64,000 nucleotides of DNA from Candidatus Omnitrophota bacterium (GTDB lineage Bacteria; Omnitrophota; Omnitrophia; Omnitrophales; Aquincolibacteriaceae), in assembly GCA_903884815.1 (NCBI GenBank), contig CAISGE010000070.1, positions 22,080 through 86,079 on the forward strand. Reading direction: 5' to 3'. Every line of letters starts with the position of its first letter. The first letter of the stretch is position 1. The translations under genes were made by a program, and so were the position numbers. This document shows positions 57,412-64,000 of this stretch, piece by piece. Under the pieces are notes generated by a model. The model saw only the letters and a program-made list of their open reading frames with translations, was not told where the DNA came from and ran no database searches.

Positions 57412-57840
57412 TTAAACTCCGAGAAGTGAGTAATGAAAGGTGTAACCCATGGCAACCGCCAGGGCTTCGATCTTTTGTCGGATGCAAGCATAATCGAATT
57501 GGTAAGCGTAGTTTTTCCCGAAGAGCGCGGACTGCTCTTCGATCGTGCCTTCCCGGGGCTTCCCCCAACCGGTTTTATAGGTTTCCGTCTTAAATCCAAA
57601 ACCGGGCGTGTCGTCAACGTTTCCCATGGATAATCCGGATCCGCTCTCCTTGAGCATCTCCGTAAAGCGAAGTTCTTTTTTGGATTCATCGAAACGGAAC
57701 CGGGCAAGGTAGGTAATTTTCTTGCTGCTCAAAAACGCCTTCCGCTCGGCAAGAAGGCCGTCCAGAATAAAAATATTTTTTTCTTCTTTAAGGGTTAATG
57801 GCAGGTCCGCGATGGCCTTCCGGATCTCTTCTTTCAACAC
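57412..57840 (-). CDS. Small 142-aa protein co-transcribed upstream of the giant protein, hypothetical
   Basis: Its stop lies 4 nt before the start of the giant gene. It has no signal peptide and no recognised motif. Confidence 0.5.
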   Translation of the reverse strand: MLKEEIRKAIADLPLTLKEEKNIFILDGLLAERKAFLSSKKITYLARFRFDESKKELRFTEMLKESGSGLSMGNVDDTPGFGFKTETYKTGWGKPREGTIEEQSALFGKNYAYQFDYACIRQKIEALAVAMGYTFHYSLLGV

Positions 57841-58092
57841 ACCGCCTCCCTTTTCCCCGATAAAAAATCGGATGGAGCGACTATGCTATACCGTGCACCC
57901 ACAGCCATCTCATTGACACAGTGCTAGTTATCGACAACTCCAAATCTGATATTGATGAAATCCAAGAAAAAAAACCTCGCGAAAAAAGAAAGCGATAAAA
58001 ACGCTTACAACGGCTTCGCTGTAAGCCTTTTATCTGCAAAAAGAACAAAATCGGGGCAAAAGGATTGGGACCTTCGACCACGCGCACCCCTT

Positions 58093-58101
58093 CCCCCCCC
58101 C
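58093..58101. repeat. C9 homopolymer (G9 on the minus strand) in the intergenic region upstream of the giant-protein operon
   Basis: ccccttCCCCCCCCCtactc read directly from the sequence; it is about 250 nt upstream of the start of the small partner gene. Confidence 0.9.
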
Positions 58102-58118
58102 TACTCTCAACTGACTCG

Positions 58119-58532
58119 CTACCGCTGAGGAGGATGCAAGAACCGGAATTGCCCCCTGGCAGGCCCCGACGTTGCAATCGCGACCATTTCGCCCTTCTTA
58201 TTGAAACGCACCGTGACCTTACTCTTTTCCTCGCTTGTAGTGGAGGTTGCGGCGAATGTCCCGAACGCCCCCATTTGCCCCGTTGTCGTAGTATCGCCGC
58301 GATCCACTACATCATAAATCCATATTTCGCCGCCATCTTCGACCACTTCTTTGGCTGTCGGTTGCCCCACCTGCATGATCAGTTCGCTTTTTGTCATCCC
58401 CTGAGCAACGCATGCATTGAGATTGGTGTTGAGCGCCACTTGGGATTCTTTGTTCCATGTATCCATGTTGACACACCCAGCGCTAAAGAAAGGCAACATC
58501 AAACATGCCACAATAAAAGCCGATGTTCTCAC
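58119..58532 (-). CDS. BamE/SmpA-OmlA-like outer membrane lipoprotein
   Basis: Lipoprotein signal LMLPFFSAGC, then GMTKSELIMQVGQPTAKEV...GEIWIY resembling the BamE fold motif (G-x-TK-x-x-V-x-x-x-G-x-P). Similarity-based, moderate. Confidence 0.55.
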   Translation of the reverse strand: MRTSAFIVACLMLPFFSAGCVNMDTWNKESQVALNTNLNACVAQGMTKSELIMQVGQPTAKEVVEDGGEIWIYDVVDRGDTTTTGQMGAFGTFAATSTTSEEKSKVTVRFNKKGEMVAIATSGPARGQFRFLHPPQR

Positions 58533-58705
58533 ATGCGCCTCCCATTATTTATATTGGCAGCAATCTGGGGATAATCCATTTCCTCGTCGTTCCCCATTCC
58601 GATAAGTCTTTGCAAGGTTTTCTTTGTATCAATTTCCACCCTATTGCTCATACCTTTTATTGCCCTTAAACAGCCTCATCCCCAACCGCTCGAACCCCAA
58701 CTCTC

Positions 58706-59521
58706 TTAGATTCGCAATGTGATCCCGGCAGAAACTGAATTTTCATCAACAAATCGTCCTTCCACAGAAAGGCTCACGAATTTCCCGATCCCGATATCCA
58801 TGCCGACGAATGGCCCGAATTTATATTGGCTTTGATCTCTCGATTTACCATTGATTCCCGATCCCGATGCGGTAAAAGCAGCGCCTTTTGAAATGGCATC
58901 CATGTCTGAATACTTACCCCCGAAGTAGGGAGTCACTGTAAAATCCTTACTGAGTTTGAATTCCTGAGACACGCCCAGGGCAGTTTGCCATTCTAACCAT
59001 GTTGCATTTACGACTCCGTCTGTTATGTCCTGGCCTATAAACTTGTCCAGTTGAGTTCGTGTTCGACGGAACTTCGAATCAGAAAAAATCTGCAGGTCCT
59101 TAGCTTGACTCGAGAAAACCTTCTGTTTGAAAAGAATTACTTTCGCCCCGAGGCCCCAAGCAAAACTAGCCCCATATTCAAAAGAATCCCGGGTTGCTCC
59201 GACCGGTGCACGCGCTGCCATCTTCGCACTACCAAGTTCGATATAAGGCTCCACCCGATCCATGATGTCGCAGGAGATCTTTGCGAGGAACCAGTGCACA
59301 TGAGCTTTAGGATCACCTGTCTTGGGCCTCAAATCACGGTTCTCGTAATCGTAAACAAAACTTGCCTTCAAAGGGCTCTTCCCAATCTTCGGGATCTCCA
59401 AAAGGCCTCCCTCGGGTGTCGCCACATCGCTCGTGGGACCAACGGAAGCGGCTAGGGCTGACCCAATGGAACAGTGCGCAATGAGCAGCGACGCGCCTAC
59501 AAATACAATCAGTTTTTTCAT
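58706..59521 (-). CDS. Outer membrane beta-barrel protein (porin/OMP-like), hypothetical
   Basis: Start MKKLIVFVGASLLIAHCSIGSALA with RBS GGGAGG 4 nt upstream. It has alternating amphipathic beta-strand pattern throughout and an aromatic/hydrophobic C-terminus (ITLRI). Confidence 0.65.
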   Translation of the reverse strand: MKKLIVFVGASLLIAHCSIGSALAASVGPTSDVATPEGGLLEIPKIGKSPLKASFVYDYENRDLRPKTGDPKAHVHWFLAKISCDIMDRVEPYIELGSAKMAARAPVGATRDSFEYGASFAWGLGAKVILFKQKVFSSQAKDLQIFSDSKFRRTRTQLDKFIGQDITDGVVNATWLEWQTALGVSQEFKLSKDFTVTPYFGGKYSDMDAISKGAAFTASGSGINGKSRDQSQYKFGPFVGMDIGIGKFVSLSVEGRFVDENSVSAGITLRI

Positions 59522-59595
59522 TTTTCCTCCCAAAAGATTGGTCTAATTGGAATACGTTTGTATCATTTCAAAGTCGAATACCAACGTTAATGATT

Positions 59596-59678
59596 CCCGA
59601 TCCACACCACGCCTTAGTTATCGGCTGCCTCAGGACATGAGATTAGTCACATTCTAAGCAAAAGATCACGCGAAACCC
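59596..59678. repeat. About 75-bp intergenic repeat element, copy B (upstream of the OMP gene)
   Basis: cacgccttagttatcggctgcctcaggacatgagattagtcacattctaagcaaaagatcacgcg. See copy A. Confidence 0.6.
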
Positions 59679-59994
59679 AACGGGCAATAAAAAAGCTCAC
59701 AGCGGATAAGCTGTGAGCCTTTTAATTGCGATGGGAACCATCGGCCGCACGTACCCCACGTGAGACGCTCCCGCTTTCTGCAATTTCACAACACGCATGT
59801 CGACTCGACCAAGCCCTCGGCAGATCTGATTTTCGACTGCATCCTCAGAAGGACTGAGCAACGTTTGATGAACCAGAAAAGGTCTTGAGGTAATCAAACA
59901 AGATATCACTCCGGTGCGGCGCGCACATCTCAACCACGAATAGCCGCGCCGTGGAAATGCTTCAGGGAGGGGGCTGCGCCAGCAGACCGGCTGG

Positions 59995-60705
59995 TCATTT
60001 GTTTTGCACAGGCTCTTCAGCAGGCTGTCGGTCCAGGACGTTCGCGGGATCAAATTCAATGACCGCTGCCTGCCATACACTACCCCGAACCCTCGTTTCT
60101 TCCTTTTTGAAGGATTGGGGGTCGGGATCGAACTCAATCTTGAAATGACGCGGACTTTCTTTTATATCTTCCCTTACGATCAGGCGAAGGGTTTTCGGCA
60201 TTCGTGGAAAGTCGGAGATCTCGAACTTTTGATCATCGGATCTACCTGAATCAAAATTGCCCGAGGTTCCATCATATCCGTGATAATCAAGGCGAATAAT
60301 ATTCGGATCCTCGGATTCGAAATACTTTCTGAAAGAACGACACGCCTCAGCCGGCTCACATTCGAAAGAGTCAATAAGCAGGCGCACGGACCGATAGACG
60401 GGGAAAATGCCATAGGTGCATTTCGTGCTTGCCCATCCCAACAGGCCGTAGTCCGTTTTGCACCGTCTCAAGGTGATTCCTTTCAAGGCGCGAAGCAAGA
60501 TAGTGTACAGGTGCATCTTCGGTACGTCTTTACTTAGGGTATCCGGAGAATGTGGATTTTTAAAGCAAGGTACTGCGTGCTCATAATAAACACGGATCAC
60601 TTCCTTGGCCGACCCATCGAATGGGAAGCTGCAAAGAAGGCATCCGAAAAGTAACAGAATCTTCAGGGACAAAGGTGCCGATGCAGAAGCGTTCCAGGGG
60701 ATCAT
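59995..60705 (-). CDS. Hypothetical secreted protein (236 aa) in the lower-GC segment
   Basis: N-terminal hydrophobic signal (LSLKILLLFGCLLCSFPF). No motif recognised, and codon usage differs from the core genes. Confidence 0.45.
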   Translation of the reverse strand: MIPWNASASAPLSLKILLLFGCLLCSFPFDGSAKEVIRVYYEHAVPCFKNPHSPDTLSKDVPKMHLYTILLRALKGITLRRCKTDYGLLGWASTKCTYGIFPVYRSVRLLIDSFECEPAEACRSFRKYFESEDPNIIRLDYHGYDGTSGNFDSGRSDDQKFEISDFPRMPKTLRLIVREDIKESPRHFKIEFDPDPQSFKKEETRVRGSVWQAAVIEFDPANVLDRQPAEEPVQNK

Positions 60706-60835
60706 ATCAAGAATGCCAAGAAATCAGCCGCACGCGCGCACTTGCCCTAAGAAGACAAGGCTTATCGAGGTCGGCATAACTCTTGGCAGACAAAATGGAG
60801 AGAATGCTCACGGAAGATCAAAAAGCCTTTCCCGT

Positions 60836-62425
60836 CTAATTCGGCCGCATATCCAGAGATTTAACATGGTATTTAAAAATCCTCAGCCCGCTTAAAGTAG
60901 TTTTTGTTAAAAACTCAAAACGGGCATCACTATCCGCCGCTTTTTTGAGGGCATCAAAATTCATTTTCCAATAAACATCTTCGATTAAATAAAAAACCTT
61001 CGTCTTCTGTCTTCGGACAAGGGAGTAAAGACTTCCTTTGCGATATCTGAAAATACGCAAATCAGGAAATTTCTTTTTTGATTTTTTAAACTGTTCCTGA
61101 TGGTAACGAAGGCTGATAGCGGACGCGGTCGTGAGAACGACAACAGGATCCCCTTCCACGGACTGGTCTTTATCAAAATAGTCGACGGCTGAGCGCCAAT
61201 CTTCATTGGGTTTATACACCGACCAAATTTCCTTCGAACCACAACTCAAACTTCCATCCATCGCGGCCGCACCCAAAATCGCCAACAGGGTGTAAGCGGA
61301 AAAACGGAGCCACCGACGCTTAAAGTGAGTCGCTCCTTTGCCTACAGCGATATAAAAGAACGGCAAAAGAATCAAAGCATAACGTTCTATGTAAAGATGA
61401 GGCCATTGAAGCGATAAGAGGATCAGAGTCAGAGGCAGCGCAAAAAGGTAAAGGCACAAATCGATTCTCCTGGTCTCCCTGACTTGAGCAATAAGGCCCT
61501 TCGTGAAAAGATACGCGAAGAAAAACTGCGAAAAAAGCAAATAAGGCTGCCCCAGCAGACTCTTCAGTTGTTCGTGCGAATAAGGGTTGATCGGCCAAAT
61601 GGCGTTGCCCATTGAAAACCAGTTAAAAAAAAGCATCCATCCCTCAAAAGGTGTAAATGCTCTTAAAAAAAAGGCTCCCGACAAAATCGGGACAAGCGTA
61701 ATCTTCGATTTAACGATTAAAAAACAAAGCGGGAAAATAAAAATAGAAGAATTCAAACCCCAAACCAGGAATTTCACGCGCTTGTTCTTTTCGGACAACA
61801 CCAGGCATGAAAACACTACGACAAGAACAATAACGAACCAATGCGTAAAAACCGCGATGAGCAGAGAAAGAAAGTAAACCGCGCACCAACCCCCAATGCG
61901 ACCTTTTTCTTTGATTTTGTAAAATGAGTAAACACTCATCAAGGCGAGCAATAAAAGCATCGAGTAAGGCACGGCTTCACGAGAGTACCAAACATGAACA
62001 GGCGAGAGGGCTAACAAAAATGAAGCGATCATCGCGCTCAGTCGATCTGTCAATTTTAATGCGACAAGGTAAATCAACACGATCGATAAAATGCCGCAAA
62101 GAAAAGGAAGCATTCTCACGGAAAGTTCGGAGTCGCCAAACAGTCGGACCCAAAAAGACATCAGGAGTGGATAAAAAGGTGCCGCGGGGTCCTCCCAAAT
62201 CCGATTCCACATCCCCCCGAACAAGGTTCGAAACCCCACAAGCGTTGAATACCCCACTTCGTCATACCAAAAGCTTCGTGTTAACCCCTGCATCCGAAGA
62301 ACCACTCCGAGCAGAATAATTCCGACTAAAAGAAACTTTGAATGTTTACTCAAAATGGAGTTATCGTCTGTCATTGTTCCATTCCGCGATTGCACAAAGC
62401 CCCAACTTCTTTCTTGAAGATTCAT
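60836..62425 (-). CDS. GT-C fold membrane glycosyltransferase of the PMT/ArnT (GT39/GT83) family
   Basis: First periplasmic loop RSFWYDEVGYS carries a PMT/ArnT-like Asp-Glu (DE) motif. Multiple TM segments follow, then a C-terminal soluble domain. The real start may be the internal MTDDNS (62374). Confidence 0.75.
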   Translation of the reverse strand: MNLQERSWGFVQSRNGTMTDDNSILSKHSKFLLVGIILLGVVLRMQGLTRSFWYDEVGYSTLVGFRTLFGGMWNRIWEDPAAPFYPLLMSFWVRLFGDSELSVRMLPFLCGILSIVLIYLVALKLTDRLSAMIASFLLALSPVHVWYSREAVPYSMLLLLALMSVYSFYKIKEKGRIGGWCAVYFLSLLIAVFTHWFVIVLVVVFSCLVLSEKNKRVKFLVWGLNSSIFIFPLCFLIVKSKITLVPILSGAFFLRAFTPFEGWMLFFNWFSMGNAIWPINPYSHEQLKSLLGQPYLLFSQFFFAYLFTKGLIAQVRETRRIDLCLYLFALPLTLILLSLQWPHLYIERYALILLPFFYIAVGKGATHFKRRWLRFSAYTLLAILGAAAMDGSLSCGSKEIWSVYKPNEDWRSAVDYFDKDQSVEGDPVVVLTTASAISLRYHQEQFKKSKKKFPDLRIFRYRKGSLYSLVRRQKTKVFYLIEDVYWKMNFDALKKAADSDARFEFLTKTTLSGLRIFKYHVKSLDMRPN

Positions 62426-63033
62426 TCATCATTTCCAGGATTATTCTGAGACTACGCGGCTGAAAGTAGCTTTCATGATCAAATGAGTTTTTAAAAAGGA
62501 TCCACTCCACGGGAACTTCACGCCAAAATAGCCTGTTAGAATTGCCATCCTCAAATAAAACAGCGGATGGTTTTCACCCACCCGTTGCTTGGGCAATCTG
62601 AGACATAGGTTACACCATATGCTGGAAACATCGGTAGGACTTTTGGGGAATGCTGGCATAACGGAGTGGACCATGTCCTAAGAGAGAATGTTCTCGCGGC
62701 CACCCATGAAATCTGTCGGACGGGTATTGCTGATTGAAAAATCACTCCTCTTTGCAAGGAGTTTGGCATTCTGAGAAAGGAAGATTATAAGTTTTGGGGC
62801 CGTTATCACGAAGCGAACCTGCACTGTTCAATGGATCGGACGTTCTGATACGCCCATCGGCTGCCCATGCAGGTCAAGAAAGAAATTTTTCAAGTTAAGA
62901 GAGACAAACCTTCCCAGCGTACGCCAAAGACCCGGGAAATCCGCAAAAGAAAATATCCCGAGGTAAAGGCTCCGCAAGTAGACCGGCCGGGAATGAGATC
63001 TGGAGAAAATTTGAAAGGCTCGGCGTGTGTTTT

Positions 63034-63687
63034 TTAAATAGCGGATCGGTTTAAGAAAAAATCGTGGACAGTTTCCAACCCCTGAAACGGAAAATAGGAC
63101 TTCCCTTCACGCTCGAGATATTGCGCCAAGTCACTCTTTGCAAATACAATTTCCGCCTCCATCGCCGGACAAACATCCGACATCCCGTCGCCTACGTAAA
63201 TCCGGGTTTTACCCGCGTTTTTCAGAAGATGAATTTTTTTACAATGCGCACATTTGGGGCAATCCGGCGAGAGAAAAGGAAAGGAAGGAATTAGCCTGTC
63301 GCGCTCAAATTCCAAACGATTGGCAAAGACAGGAATGTCCGGAATGCCATGGTGATTCAAAACGGTCTGAATAAGCCATGAGAAGCTATCGCTAACGATC
63401 ATGGACGGTATCTGATTTTGGTTCAGATATCCAAGAAGTTTCACGAAGGAATGATCGATGGGAATATTGGTGATCAATCGGATCAAATCTTCCCGTTTGA
63501 CGCGAACCCCTTTTAGCTGAATTTCTAGGCACTCGCGAGATCCTATTTGCCCGGACCGCCAGGCAACCTCAGCGGGTTTCCAATCGTTATTGATCGAAAA
63601 TCTTTCGATGACGGCACCTAACACATCCACGCATGTGATCGTATTGTCGAAATCAAAAAAAATGATCGGTTTATTAAGGAAGGCCAT
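63034..63687 (-). CDS. HAD-superfamily phosphatase (MtnX/phosphoserine phosphatase-like subfamily IB) with a Cys4 cluster
   Basis: Start MAFLNKPIIFFDFDNTIT (HAD motif I, DxDxT) with RBS AAGGGG. Motif III is GDGMSD. It also has a CPKCAHC plus upstream C cluster. Confidence 0.7.
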   Translation of the reverse strand: MAFLNKPIIFFDFDNTITCVDVLGAVIERFSINNDWKPAEVAWRSGQIGSRECLEIQLKGVRVKREDLIRLITNIPIDHSFVKLLGYLNQNQIPSMIVSDSFSWLIQTVLNHHGIPDIPVFANRLEFERDRLIPSFPFLSPDCPKCAHCKKIHLLKNAGKTRIYVGDGMSDVCPAMEAEIVFAKSDLAQYLEREGKSYFPFQGLETVHDFFLNRSAI

Positions 63688-64000
63688 TAGAACGCCCCTT
63701 GTCTCCCGTGGCATGCAGGCAACACGGCTTGATCCGAAAGAGGCAGGCACTCATTAAAGAAATCCACCATTTTCTGAGCTGCTTTTTCCCTTTCTTGATC
63801 GGCCGTGATCACGTGATAAGAATCATACAAGTACATGATCTCTTTCTTTAAAGATCCGACGCGATCATAAATGTATTTCGAATTTTTGATGCTGGTCATA
63901 TCATCTTCATAGGCTTGGACCATCAGCACGGGAGCCTTCACCCTCGGAAGTCTACCCTTCACGCGGTTGATCACTTTTCTTAGCTCGCAATATAAAGTCA
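63687..64000 (-). CDS. Alpha/beta hydrolase (esterase/lipase-type), C-terminal part only; the gene continues beyond the window end
   Basis: The frame stays open to position 64000. ...KAPVLMVQAYEDDMTS...YDSYHVI is the typical C-terminal acid and His region of alpha/beta-hydrolase carboxylesterases. Confidence 0.55.
   Translation of the reverse strand, partial: TLYCELRKVINRVKGRLPRVKAPVLMVQAYEDDMTSIKNSKYIYDRVGSLKKEIMYLYDSYHVITADQEREKAAQKMVDFFNECLPLSDQAVLPACHGRQGAF

Noticed and set aside
59697-60137. 146-aa minus-strand ORF in the OMP upstream region
   Set aside because: It is basic and Cys/Arg-rich with no motif. It lies in a promoter/repeat-containing intergenic region and partly overlaps the better-supported secreted-protein ORF.

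Overview
This window is a high-GC (about 55-60%), gene-dense stretch of bacterial chromosome, probably from an uncultivated Gram-negative lineage. Coding density is about 90% and most genes are on the minus strand. I found no rRNA, tRNA, CRISPR array, transposase or integrase.

In order along the window:
- A divergent pair: a response regulator and a lone type IV pilin-like gene (129-1693).
- A tightly overlapping triad of SAM-methyltransferase, GT2 glycosyltransferase and B12-binding radical SAM enzyme (1767-4886). It lies back-to-back with a block of two membrane proteins, an AmmeMemoRadiSam radical SAM gene and a fused Memo-AMMECR1 gene with an N-terminal signal peptide (4929-8598).
- One long minus-strand chemosensory operon (8548-22257): fused membrane/spermidine-synthase-like protein, MscS, REC-HK hybrid, CheB, CheA-CheY fusion, two tandem paralogous MCPs (one with a periplasmic CxxCH heme-c motif), two CheW, and a CheR-TPR fusion.
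- Lipoproteins, an M48 peptidase, and a cold-shock gene with three intrinsic terminators nearby.
- A kinase-fold membrane protein, a GHL10 hydrolase and an HD-GYP phosphodiesterase.
- A YhiI/RbbA/YhhJ-type ABC export module (HlyD - double-ATPase-permease fusion - ABC-2 permease - NodT outer-membrane factor).
- A tandem-REC regulator, a CBS protein and a repeat-containing coiled-coil protein.
- A secreted FGE-sulfatase-domain protein with a (GA)15 microsatellite next to its start codon.
- prfC.
- A phosphorelay operon: solute-binding protein, sensor HK, CheY-like RR, and a hybrid HK ending in an MshEN-like module.
- Three GT-C/PMT-like membrane glycosyltransferases around a 1779-aa secreted protein with tandem Ig-like repeats, its small upstream partner, a BamE-like lipoprotein and a beta-barrel OMP.
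- A shared ~75-bp intergenic repeat upstream of two minus-strand genes, and a C9 homopolymer.
- A lower-GC tail with a HAD phosphatase and a partial alpha/beta hydrolase.

The candidates I consider most likely to be undescribed are the membrane/secretion-associated AmmeMemoRadiSam variant with its neighbouring B12-rSAM/GT2/MTase triad, and the giant Ig-repeat protein with the surrounding GT-C glycosyltransferases, repeat element and SSR tracts.
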